From Vermamoeba vermiformis (Eukaryota), in NCBI GenBank assembly GCA_045837725.1, contig JBEWZL010000076.1, positions 186,001 through 250,000 on the forward strand: DNA of 64,000 nucleotides. The letters are read 5' to 3'. The position numbers and the translations under genes were made by a program. The notes beneath the pieces were generated by a model. That model had not been told where the DNA came from. It saw only the letters and a program-made list of their open reading frames with translations, and ran no database searches. Positions 49,386-62,594 of this stretch are shown in pieces. Positions within the stretch are counted from its first letter, which is position 1, and each line of letters begins with the position of its first letter.

Positions 49386-51357
49386 TTATACAGCTGGTCG
49401 AGAGTCAGTAGTAGCGCTTGATTGGGATTGAGCAGATCCGCCCAAGTTCGTCGTTGATTTGCCCTTGCCACTTGAGTTTGTCGTTGATTTTCCTTTTGAC
49501 GGAATTCCAAACGCTACAATATTGATAATGGAGATGCAATCAAGGACGAAATAGGTTGAGTACCAGCCAATAAAATAACCTGACGACGACAGATCCGTTA
49601 ATGTAATTTTGATAGCGAACGAACGCGGTTAATAAATACCTGGTGCATAATAGAACGCAGGCGTGGAGAAAATCGTTGCAATTCCTACGAGGAAAAAGAT
49701 GCAAACACCAAGTCCGATAATTTTGAACGTTGTCTGTGAACCAAAAAAATGCGAATTAGTATTTCCTTTACCGATAAATTCGATATTAATAATTCTTTCG
49801 TTGAAACTCACCGCTCGAAGGTATTTCACTTTGCGGCCTTGTTTTTGACTCAAACGAAGTCTTTTTAGCAACTTGAAACCAGTAACGCAATAAAATCCGA
49901 ACACTGGCACCATTACCGCTAGATAGAGGTACGCTAAATATAGAACGATTAATAATAGGATACCTAAATATAGTGTTTTAGTCTTTCGTACCAGTGATCA
50001 AATAGAACGTTGGAGCGCTGAAAACTCGCAACAAAATGACGACTGCTTCAGCGATTAGACCTAACGAAGCAATGCCTCCGAAAGCCAGTCTCGTCTTCAC
50101 CAAAAATGGGTGGATGACAATAGACGATCTCGTCATAATCTCGTGCCAGTACAGCGTGAAGAGCATCATCGACGAGATTGCAATTGGTGCCGATAAGTGA
50201 TGAAAAACACCTTTGGTCAACTCAGGCCAGATATTGTTGCGTCCAAATGAGTCGATCTGACCAATAATACGCACTGTAATAAAATCGCTATTAGTAACGA
50301 CGTCATCGGGATCCAAATGTGACACGTGTCACTTTGCAAGTTAAAGATCGATGGAAATTCTCTCTTTGAGTTAATACAAGTAGTATAATCGATTTGAGTG
50401 GAAAAATGGTGTCTCGAGTTTGACACGTGTCAACGAAAAACTTACGCGTGTTGGAAAGAATCTCCAAAAACAATGCTAGTTGTGATATCGAAGCTTTGAT
50501 TCCGCCAAAATAATCGATGAATAGTTTAAGTTTCCAAATAGCGAGTGCCAAGTTGGTGCCGGAAAACGCCATTAAAAAGGCTAAACGAAATAAATATTAA
50601 ACCGGATCACATTTACGGCGAAATAAAATTGATTGACGACTGCTTACCGGTAAAAATCCAATAGCCTGGAGAATTCAATACTACGTCCCATGGATTAATA
50701 GCATCTAAATATTGCAAAATTAATAAAAATAATCGTAAATAAACAACCGCGTATCAAAAATATGAATCACAGAACATACTGTCGGGAATGATAGTGACGT
50801 TCCCAATATTATCGGCTTCTAGTAATGGCCAAAGCTTTTCTGATTCCGCTTCAGTAATTTCGAATATTGGTATACGAATAGATCGAACGGCTTCCCGATC
50901 CATAAATTGATACCTCATGTATCCGCTATCAACTGCAACAAAATTTCATTAATTTCGAAATCTAGTGTATTAATATTAAAGGTTTTGAAGTGCTTACAGT
51001 ATTTGGATGCAATTTCAATTACCGCCAACGCGCCATTATTTTGTGCTTCCGCAACGATTTGGTCACCATAAAGCGTATTATGGAAGACAAATATTTTTCC
51101 AGCCACGCTTTGATTATTTATCGTTGCTTCAAGAGTTAGCGCTTCGGACATCCGCTCATTTTGACTTTCTGATAATTTTACGATCAGTAATACGTCCATA
51201 CCTATAAATTATACGCACCTAAGTATATTATTTCTACTGCCGTAACCAGCTCGAAAATATCTCCGTCTCGAGTTTGAACAATAATTTCGGATTTAGCAAC
51301 TGGCGTCAAAAAACAAATTATCGCTAAAATTGCTAGTATCCTTAATACCATCTTCAT
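49386..51357 (-). CDS. Signal peptide + PA-like domain + 7TM receptor-like protein, paralog 1
   Basis: PA-like AQNNGALAVIEI...IRIPIFEI; multiple TM segments; LYWHE motif shared with paralog 2. Confidence 0.75.
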
Positions 51358-51964
51358 TGTTGGTCTTTTCTATTACACAATTGATTGAAATAACTGTTTT
51401 GGTAGAACGAGTATCGTCTAGGTGCCGTCAATGTGATTCACCGCACTTGAAATTACATGCATCGGTCCAATTTCATTCAAAATCCATTAAATATATACCC
51501 ACCATATGAAAGATATAATATTTAAATACAGATGGTCATTTTGAGGTCGATTGAAGAAAGGTACCACAAACAAGGAACATCGGACTCACATCGCTCTAAC
51601 GTTAAAGAACTTCAATTGGTTGCAACGAAACCAACTATTTTAGGCTTTTGTTGTGATATGTTATTAATAAGAAATGAAGTAAGCCTCATTCCATGACGTT
51701 TTGCGTTGTGATCCGTTTGGAAATCTCTTTAACTCTTCATAGAATTAATTAAAGTTTAGAGCATGATCTTCCAATTCGACGCAACGGTCATTAGGTTAAA
51801 ATATATTATAACCTAAATCTAACTATATGTACCTGAATTTACGGTTGATCCGTATTGCAGAGGAAAAATTATTTGGACCATTCATTAGACTGGGCGAAAG
51901 TATCGATAGAATATATTTAAGTACGTACGCAAGTATAATACAATTGAAGAGCTCTGGCAATCTT

Positions 51965-54239
51965 CTAAATTTTTGTAGCGGATGCATCCAGCGAATCCAA
52001 CGCGGTACCTTCTTTGACAGAAACATTTCGATTCGTAGTCGAGGATGTGCTGGATTTTGAGTGTTTAGGTGTTCCAAAAGCAAGGATATTGAGCAGGGAG
52101 GTACAGTTGATAGCTGTGTACAGGCAGTACCAGCACATAAAGAAACCTATCGATAAGAAATGTTAGATCTGTCTTATAAAGGATATTAAAAGCAAAATTC
52201 CGTAGTTATAATGATATGCGAGTAATAATATTTCGTTAAGCAGCGGCGCAAAGCTTTAGGTTTGTAGATCTGCTTCGAGGAAAATTGATCGGGGCACAAA
52301 ATTGACTTACCCAGAGGAGTATACGCCACGTCCGTTAAGAATAAGACAAAGATGCACACGATAATGAAAAGGAAGCCAATGCTGCTGAGAATTTTCACCG
52401 TCGTCTGGAGCGGGAGGTCAGTACAAATTGCTATAAAATCAGATCCGGTACCAAAATACGCTATTTTCGGTTTATATGATATAATAATGATTGAAATTAC
52501 TTACTTCTTTTAGATTTCGAATTTTTCTACCGTACTTCTTGCTCGTCTTCAAGCGTAAAAGTAACTTGATGCCAGTTACCAAATAAAATACAACTAACGC
52601 CGCTGAAATAACCACTAAAACAATAGCTGCAAAAAATAATCGTTAATATTACTAAATTAATTAACTATTTAAATCGTTCTTACTTGCAACATCAACGAAT
52701 CCACGGATGTTGAAAACTCCGCACAAAATTACGGCGATCTGCAGCAGCAAAAGTGCGCCAGATAGCACGAAGAACGGAATTCGCATTTTGACTATAAATG
52801 GATGCACGACGATCGAACTTGAGGTCATAGTTTCGTGCCAGTGCAATAAGAACAGCATGATGGACGAGATCACGAATGGAAACGACAAAAAGTACATGGA
52901 CCAGAATGTCAGTTCGTGGTACACCGTGTACACGCCAAATAAGTCCACGAGTCCGATTATACGCACTACATAAAAGTGTCGTTAGTACCAGATCTGATCT
53001 TCCACCAGATCTGCCGATCGAAAAAATTTGACACGTGTCATTAACTCGTTCACTGAATAAGAATCGCAATGTAATTGCACTGCTATTGATAAATAATTCG
53101 GTGTTGCGACTTTGACACTTTGACGAATTGTAATTGCATGTCAAAAAAAGTTTGTGTTTTTTGCCTGATATGTCTAACTCTATTGATTTGGTATAAATAT
53201 TATTGGATATATTTGCATGAAAATGCGCGGAAAAATGAAAAAGTTATGGCGGACTGGATTCGGTTTCAGACTTACGCAAGTTTGAGATCACTTCCAAGCA
53301 CAAGACCAGCAGCGATATAGACAATCTAAATCCTCCATAAAAATCTAAAAATTGCTTCATCTTCCATATTGCCAAGCCGACATTAGTAGCCGAAAATGCC
53401 ATGAGAAAATCTGGTTCACAAAAACGAGTTAAAATCGAGATCCGTTAGTTTCGAATATCTAATTCACAAATAGTACGTACAAGTGAATATATAGTATCCT
53501 GGTGATAATAAGACTACGTCCCACGGGTTAGGCTCGTCTAAAAAGCGGAACAATTATTAACGCAACGCTCGTTTTGGATCGGATTTGATAGATCGAATCA
53601 AACCTACCGCTAGGAAGCAAGGTAATATTAGCAACACTATCTTGTGCTAATAGAGGCCATAATATATCTCCAGCTCTAGTCGTTACTTCGAAAACTGGAA
53701 TGTTTATAGCTTTAACGGATTCCATATACTCGTATCGATATCGAAGGAAGCCTGGGACGACTATAATAACATGATTAATATAGACTATTTAAGGATCATA
53801 TGCCTAATGAAATTTGGGTCACGTCAAACTTACCAAACGCGACTGCAATCTCGATCGCGCCTAACGCGCCTTTTTCTTGAACGGTTGCGACTACTCTATC
53901 ATTCGCATAGGTATCGTTAAATATATATAATCTTCCTTCTAAATTATCGTGACTAATCGTTGGCTCAAGGGTTACTTGTTCCGAGATCCTTTCATTATTG
54001 CTCGCTAAAAACAAACCCATAATTATTCGATTTGAAGATATCATATTAAATTATTAAAGGTAATTAACGTTATTCTAATATTGACGATCAAATTGATGCG
54101 TTGCTAACGTACCTCTGAATATTATTTCTGTAGCTGTCATTTGAAAATTTGTCCCATTTCGCAGTTGAATGATTATATCTGCGCTAGTATATTGCATATA
54201 CATATAAATAAATAATAAGAGCACTATCCTTTGAGCCAT
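51965..54239 (-). CDS. Signal peptide + PA-like domain + 7TM receptor-like protein, paralog 2
   Basis: VQEKGALGAIEI...INIPVFEV; LHWHETMTSSSIVVHPF; same exon layout as paralog 1. Confidence 0.75.
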
Positions 54240-54739
54240 TTCAATTCGCGCGTAGATCGAGCCGTTTCAGAAACTGATCAGCATAATAGACATTAGTTTC
54301 ACCTTAAAATATGCATCATATTACTTACGTGTTATTGCATGAGTGAATGTTGTAATTGCTGGTTCATATGCTTAGCATGTTCCTAAACCAAAGTCCTGTT
54401 TTAGTCTCGTCACGGGAGATTGAAAACTCCTCGTGATGAGATTTGAATTGACAAGCTGAACGAAGGCGCAAAGGATGTTTATACAGTAGAGCAATATTGT
54501 TTACGCTAATTATTTGATCTACTTATTAAAGCGCTGCGGAGCAGAAAAATTTCCAGTTTGTTTGAAAAATAAATCATGGGGATTAAATTTTACTTATAAT
54601 TATTAGAATAAAGTACAGCTTAATTCATTATGTGCGCGCAAAAGAAATTTTGGATCACGGTAGGTTCTACCAGGGTCCATTGGAGTTTTAGCGTAGAATT
54701 TGTTATTATGACATTCTGCTAATTCAAGTCACTTTTTAG

Positions 54740-55316
54740 GCAAAGTTCGTGCAACAATATTTGAATACACCCGACGTGTTCATTCCTCCTTCGCAGTACT
54801 TCAATGCTGCAAATAGAGCCTACCCCGACTTCTCTGCTGTTGGAGCGAGAATTCTCACCATTATGGTTGACACAATTACAGTGAGTTCAGGGACTGAAGC
54901 CTCAACACCCATCGCTGCAGCATTGATCTCACTGCTGAACGATGCTCGTGCACAAGTCAACAAGCCACCTCTTGGCTTCTTGAATCCAATGCTGTACAAG
55001 ATGTATGGTGACAATCCTGAAACGTTCAATGGTGAGTCTACCCGACACAAACACGAGATTGAAATACTAATAGACTCGTATAGACGTCACTGAGGGTGAT
55101 AATCATTGCACCTTTCAAGATATTTGCTGCACTTACGGTTATGGTGCCACCACGGGTTGGGATGCTGTGGTATGTTGAATGAAGCCAGCTAGCTTATAAA
55201 TCTAAAATACGACGAACGATTCTCTCGTCACACTCTAACTCGATGTCATTTAGAGTGGCCTGGGCACACCTAACTTCCGTGCAATGCGCAAGTACGTCAC
55301 TGCTAACCTGCCTTAA
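54740..55316 (+). pseudogene. 3' fragment (three exons) of an S53 sedolisin/TPP1-like peptidase, catalytic Ser replaced by Glu
   Basis: RAYPDFSAVG, SGTEASTP (canonical GTSAS), LGFLNPMLY, GWDAVSGLGTPNF; begins at a splice acceptor with no upstream exons found. Confidence 0.7.
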
Positions 55317-55631
55317 AGAACTTGGTATCAGTGTTGCTAAATAAGGATACTTTGCAAGATAATAAATAAGTTCAATTATTTATGGTCAGATAACAAACAT
55401 TTTGGGAGAATTCACTCGTTCGTGATTTGTACAAATAAGCAGCTACTGTGGGTCCAGATACTATCATACAGTAACTTCATCGCCTCGGCATTGATCGCAG
55501 TTGTGGCGCTGCTCTGTTTGCTTGTCGCTGGTTTGTTGTTTGTCAGATGTCGTGAAATTGGTTGCTGAGCGGATTTTCATCGTTTATCGGCCAGATCCGA
55601 TTTGGTTGTAGCTAGCAAAATTGAACAGGCC

Positions 55632-57041
55632 TTATTTGATAGAAAATTGTTTCGAGCCAGCAATATTAATGTACTTATTATCGTCAGTTAATACGACGCC
55701 GTTGAAATTATCGTTCAAATAGTCGATGAATTCTTCGGGTGAGCCAAATCCAAGCAGATCAGAAACGTACTGCAGTTCAATTTGTGGTCGATACCTAATT
55801 ACGATAAATTAGATTATTAGTAATGATTCATCGTTCAAATTTTATTTGATCAATACTTACGCTTTAATAATTTTTGCTACGGTTTGGTTTCGCATTGTGG
55901 TTAAATTTCCTAAAAAGGCAAAATGAGAAATATGCGATAAAAAATATTAATATATGTAATGTATGCTATATACCTGATATTTTAAGCAGAAGTCGTAAAT
56001 GTTTTGGTAATGTCTTGAAGATCTGAAAATAACGCCAATAATTGCCGTTTAAACACGCTTTGTATATATTCAATGCGTCTATAATAAGCTCTTTTGCATT
56101 CAAATCGTGATGAATTCTATGGACTAGGTCTAATAACTCTAAACAATAAAAAATTATTATTTTTTCGGATCGCGATCTAAATGTTCAATAAATTTCCAAT
56201 GTAGGTTTATAAATAATATAGAAGTATAAAATTTACCTGAGTCCGACTGATTAGTACTTAATTGCAGTATTTTCATGGCTATATGAGTGATATAAACGTT
56301 GACTAGTTTGTCCCAATCCATCGTGAAACACAGATCTGGCTGCGTCAGGAAATTATGACAGAGCTCTAATACTCGTATTAAACAGACTGAAAACTCTTGA
56401 ATATCATCCTATATATATTTGCAAATGTTAGTATTGCTTTAGATCCGAGCCGCAAAAATTTTTCAAACTTTAACGAAATTTCGGTGGACAATAATTTTGC
56501 CTAACGACCATATTTCAGCTTGATTATAGCATCAATATGATATATATGATATTTATATAATATTATAGGTACTTACATTTTCTAAAGCAATTTCAGCGTG
56601 TGTTTTGTAGACCACTAACGTGAACCAATTTTCAATACCTTGAACCTTTATTGAAAAGTTCATTAGAATTATTATTTAAATATATGTATATAATATTATT
56701 AATTCTTACAGTTAAATCTTGTCTAATTGATTTTAATTGGCTGTTCAGGTAATTATATTGCGACGGTAAATTATCACATTGACTTAAGAGAATAGGAAGC
56801 CAGCTCTTTAGTGTATCTTCAGTACGTATTAACTCAGGATTAGGTGCCTATATATTTGAAATCCTATTAATTTTGCAACAAAATCAAAATTTTTCGTGAT
56901 CCATACAGATGTCAAACGAAAATATTCTTTCTCGTGCTGTGTGTTCGTGCCTCTAATTTTAGAATCGTCTTCTTCATTTTTTTCTTCGTGGTGCTTATTA
57001 TGTGGATGATCATAATTGCTCCTATTATCAAGGATCAACAT
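55632..57041 (-). CDS. SAC3/GANP-family PCI protein (LENG8/Thp3-like); start uncertain
   Basis: [56 protein letters not shown]. Confidence 0.8.
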
Positions 57042-57401
57042 TAATGTTTTTTTTCGTAATAATTTTCAGCATTTTGCCAACGTTCTGATATGTAATTACC
57101 TTTTATTAGTCAAAGGAGGACCTTTGTAAATATTTCTATTATTTTTATAACCACTTTTGGGGTTATTGCGTCTCTCCATTTTAATTCGGATCTTATAAAA
57201 CAGGAACTAAATTGTCCGATACAGATCCTATTGGCTCAATTATTATATTCAAGCCTTTAGGAATGATATTGTATTGTGGTGCTGTGCTATCTGGCTTCGA
57301 CAACGAAATATTTTTTGTTCGTCGGTTTTTCGCTTTTGAAAGCCAGATTTTTTCTATTTTTCGGACTGATTATAGGAGAAGCATAGTCATATATATGTAC
57401 G

Positions 57402-59773
57402 ATGGATAGCAACCCGAAAGAAGTTGATAGTTTACTTGCTGCAGGTTCGCTAAGATCGATCCAGGAAATACCTGCTAGTTCAGGACGGCCTAATATGACG
57501 CTATATGCTGCGTTACTAGGTGTTTTATTTTGTTTATTATTTTCAGCATTTAATGCCACTCAAGTAAGCAATGGAACGATTTCATTTTGATTGATCAGCT
57601 AATTTTTTTAATTAATCACAAGTTTATCGATAAAATACAGCTTTTTAACGTGCATTTAATTAAATATGGATATTAATAATATTTTTAAATGTAGAATTTA
57701 CAATCAACGGTTAATGAAGAGATCGGCAATGTTTCACTCTCTGTTTTATATATTGTATTCGCTTTTTCAAACTTTTTTGCGCCTAGTATTGTTATGAAAA
57801 TAGGCGAGAAGTAAGTACACATTTAATTAGTATTTTCTGAAATATCTTAACGGAACAGGTCCCATCCGGATCTGCACCTCTTTTCCAATAATTAATTTAG
57901 GCCAAATAAATTCTTATTACTGGTATATTATAGGTGGTCTATTATTCTTGGTAGTTTGGCCTATGTCCTTTACATTGCAGCAAATATTCACCCGATGCTC
58001 GTCACGCACATTATTGCTGGTGCTTTGAACGGATTGGGCGCAGCTGTTATTTGGACTGCTCAGGGCGTACGTACATATTATGCTATTTATAATGTAATAT
58101 ATCCTTCATATCCCTTTAGAAACTGGATCGCGTAATTTTTTCTTCCGTTCAGAAATTTGATCGTTTATTTATTTACTATAAATAACTATAAATCAAATTT
58201 ATAACGAGATGACTGCTAATAATTGATTTTTTAGTCATATTTGATTAAATGTTCTAGCGAAGAAACCGTGGGAGCTTTTAGCGGCATTGTAAGTATTGAT
58301 TTTTGGAATATTAATTGCATTAATAACATACTTGTACTATTTAATCGCTTTACGGTGCAATTAAAGCCACCTTTAGCCTCTTTGTAACGACCGGATCCAA
58401 CTAACTTTTTTCGGTTTTGTAGTTCTTCGGCATCTTTCAATTCAATCAAATCATCGGAAATTTCTCTGCTGGATTTTTGTTGGACAGATTGAGTATTTCC
58501 ACCTTCTATTTGTTCATAATTTTTACTGCCGTTGGTGGATTCAGCGTACTGGCTTTCTTCTTTTTACGGTAAAACTCACTATACTACCAATACGTCTATT
58601 TAATAATTATGTGCTTCATATGCACGCATTAATATTGCTTTATATTGTACTTACAATCTTTTTTAAAGAGATCCGAAGAATTTTCCTAATGCGGAAGTCA
58701 AAGCACCAACGCCGCTCAAAGAACGCATTGTCAAATCAATTGCGGTCTTCAGTGAAGCTAGAATGTTGTTATTCGTGCTTATTATCATCTTCAGCGGTTT
58801 CTCTCAGTCGTTCTTTTTTGGCCGATTTCCAAAACTGATCGGTGACTTGTCTTACATTGGTTACGTACTGGCTTGCTTGGGCGCAGCCGATTCGTTCGGT
58901 AAGTTAGATATATGTCATGCACTAAATGCCTCTTGCGGTTACCTCAAAGCAAACACAAACGTCTGAAGAAATTTCAGATCTGCTCAAAAATTTTACTACA
59001 ATAGTGCTTTTTATACATGGTATCATTAATTGCATGAATTTAAGGCATTAAGAATGTATGATGAACTATAACATTGCATATATACTAATGCCTTCTTGTA
59101 GGTTCATTCGTGTTTGGAAAGCTCATCGATAAAATTGGTTCCAAGCTTGGTAGGCCAAATATTATAATAACAAAGTTTCGGTTATTGATCTAATATCTTA
59201 TTGCCTAATTTAGTCATGGGCTTTGGTGTGCTCGTCGTGCTCATTCAAACATCCATCTTGTTGATTGTACCACTTGAAACTTTGCGCGAACACATGTGGT
59301 CGTTCTTCGTGTTGGGCATTGGATTTGGTACGTCATATCGGTTGTATTGGTGCGATCTTGAGTTTGACACGTGTCACTTTTTTTTGACAGGGCTCGCGGA
59401 TGCTTCGTTTTACACGACGATTTACGCGACTGTTTCAGCTTTGTTTAAGGACCGAATTGAAATGGGATTTGCTGGTATGTTCACATTTATAATGAAATAA
59501 TTACGATACCTGAAATCAATCATCAATCTAAAAGATTTTTTAGGGGTGGATTAAGATCCGGATTCTAATTTTTTGTTTGTAGCCTTCCGATTCGTACAAA
59601 GTGCAGCCACCGCTCTATTATTCTTCTTGAATTCAAGAATTTCACTCGTCCCAGCAATTCTATTGTTGAACGTGCCATTAATCGTTGGTTTCTTGTCGTA
59701 CTTCTTGTTGGATCTGTGCGTGGCTCGTGTTGATAACACGGTCAAGAAATCTAAGCAATATGACAACCTTTAA
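57402..59773 (+). CDS. UNC-93-like MFS membrane protein
   Basis: LFSAFNATQNLQS, GLGAAVIWTAQGSYL, many TM segments. Confidence 0.88.
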
Positions 59774-59924
59774 ATAAATAAAAGGTATTGCTGCTCAATA
59801 GACATGCCACGGTTGCTTTTCCAATTTTTGATCTCCTTGACAAATTTTGGTTTAACTTATATTTAACTTATTTACGGAATATATAACACATATTTAGTAA
59901 TATTTGTATAATTCGTGCGGATCA

Positions 59925-62594
59925 ATGGAAGAAAATCATGATTACTTGTTGCTAGACGATCTTCCACCAGAACTTGTGGAATTAATCGTGTCGCACTTGG
60001 ATGCAGTAGGATTAGTCAAATTTGGGCGTTGTAATAAACATTTAAAGCAACTGTGCAACAGAGATTTATGGTGGCAAAGGTGCATCCACCACGGTATAAA
60101 TTCAAAATATAAGTTATACTAATACATTCATTAAAAATAACACCACTATTATCAACTATATTTCAATTCAGACATATTACCTTCTCCTTATTAACAATAT
60201 CCACAAAGAAAAACCGCCAATTTTGCTGGTGCCCACTAAATACACCAGTAAGTATAAATTACATCATCAATATATACACGCATTATTTTCCATATTTTTT
60301 TACAATTTTTGGCTGCCAGCCAAGTAAATTTTTTGAAGACTAATAAAAATCGATTTTCTTTTAGATCGCAGTGTTTATCGATCAAATGATTAAAACCACA
60401 TCCTATTAACAATTTCATAAGAATGGAAGAGTATCTATCGCCATTGCACAGCACTACAATCGGATCTTGCCTACGAATTTCAGAATCCCGACCAACGCAT
60501 TATTTTGGGCCCTCAAGTTCATACTTTCAATGGAGAATTGACTATGAACAACCACAAACAAATAACAGGCTTATACGACATTCATTGGTCCAATAAGACT
60601 TCAGATCAGAAATCAGTACTCGTTTGTAAAGGCATCAAAGTTACGCCGCACAGCGTTATACCGGTGCCACCGGATTTATCTGTTACAATATCGGTACGTA
60701 ATTTAACATAATATTCAACAAAGTTCTTAAGCAATATTGTACGACTAATGCGGAAATCATTAATTACTTGGCAAAAAAAACTGGGATTCGGATCCGACGT
60801 CAGATCGGCGCTTACTTGCATTAATCACAGTACCACCACTCAGTATTATTAATTAATATTTTTCGTAGAATTTATCGATCAAATTAGAGGACAAAAGCGC
60901 TGCGCAGTTTGGTGTTAATTTCACCAACACGAAAGCGAGTATTGTCAACTGCGAGATTGAAAATGGCGTTCATATTCGGTTAGTCTTAATAGATCTATCA
61001 TATTATATTAATCTAACCATTAACACCTCTTCAGTGATAAAAGCAACGTGACGTTGAAAAATTGTCATTTGAGTGGCGGCACGTTAAGCGGCGTGTCAGT
61101 TATGAACAGCAGCGTCACCATTGAGAAGTGTCGTAAGTAATGTTAGGCAGCACTATTATCACACACTATTCCTTGCTGATAGAGATATATAATATACAAT
61201 GTATAACATTTGAAACTTTCGTTGGATCTGGATCTTATTTTTAGCGAGTACCTCGTCTTAAGTTATTTTAAGCCTATTTATAATTAATATTATGTTTTAT
61301 GATTATATATGATAATGTAGCGTTTAGAATTAACTCGTTTATTTTTTCAGGTGTCAACAACAACGAGACAGGCATCAGTTTGCTGTCAATTGCGTACGAA
61401 GACACGTGCGTGATTAGCGACAGCACGATCGTCAACAACACGCGCGGTGTCAACGCGTCAAATGTCCAAGCGAAATTTCAACTGAAAAACAACGTAATTG
61501 AGAACAACAAACAGTTCGGCGTGGGCACTAATTGCACGCGTGCTGCATTGACGCAAAACAAGATCACGAACAATCACACGGGCGTGTTCTCGTGCGAGAT
61601 GTCGTTGATCACGTTAGAAGATAATATTATTCGCAAGAACAAGTATTGGGGCGTGTGCATCCAACACGGCAGCGCTGTTGCAAAATTCACTGGAAATCAA
61701 ATTACACACAATCATGTCGTTGGTAAGCTTTGCCAAATAACCCTTTAAAGACTACCTAATTATGCTAATACATAATTTATTCGTATGACGCACTATAGCG
61801 ATCTTTAATCAGAGTTTAAAAATTGACGGATCTGATCCGAACCTGATGTAGATCTACGTTTGAGTCTTGACTGGGCAAATATTAACGTTGTTTTTGAATG
61901 GTTTAGGCCTACAATTGCCCGAGTCGCTCAAGAGGCCACATTTGACGTCAGAAGCACTGCAGTCGAGCAACACATTCAGCGACAATGAGAGTGACATTGT
62001 GCTGTCCAATGAACGCGTCACTGATCAAGGTTTCATTGCACTGGCGCCTTTTCCTGCGTGGTCACCATTGGACTCCCCTGAAGTGTTGCGTAAGTCAAAT
62101 GGGTGTCTCAAATATACCTAAATTTCAGATCCGGATCCATTTTCTCCTCGAAATTTTTCACGTCATAATATTATAGTTAGATTTATTATTAACGGAGTAC
62201 TAATGTATATTTTGTGGCAGAGACCAAGTTAAAAATGACAATCAGACGAAAATTCTGCACGTACAATATGACTGGCACGAACCCCGTGAAGCAAGACTGG
62301 TACGTTACAATAAGGCTTAAAAATATAAATTGACCAATCACTGACGAGTATATTTTCATGAAACTACAGGTTCACTTGCTCGTCGTGTCCGATTTTTCAG
62401 AAAAAGATCTGTGCTGCGTGCATTAAGAAGTGTCATAAGGGACACAAGGTCGCACCATCGCCAGACATTGATAATTTTTATAACTACTACTGGTGAGTAA
62501 TATGTCAAAATATGAAAATTAAGTTTTAAAATTAAATTTTTAATTGTTCAGCGACTGTGGATCTGGTCAAGGTTGCAAGGCATTATGGAAGTAA
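59925..62594 (+). CDS. F-box + right-handed beta-helix + C-terminal UBR-type zinc finger (FBXO11-like architecture)
   Basis: F-box LPPELVELIVSHL; NN-x-x-G beta-helix repeats; CTYNMTG...QDWFTCSSC...ICAACIKKCHKGH...YCDCG. Confidence 0.82.

Noticed and set aside
59042-59093. Inverted repeat AAGGCATTA/TAATGCCTT enclosing ATGATGA in a UNC-93 intron
   Set aside because: No downstream D box, and the 3' arm is simply the branch-point region.
61737-61750. ATAACCCTTTAAAG resembling the MITE end
   Set aside because: No TTAA target site and no matching opposite terminus found.
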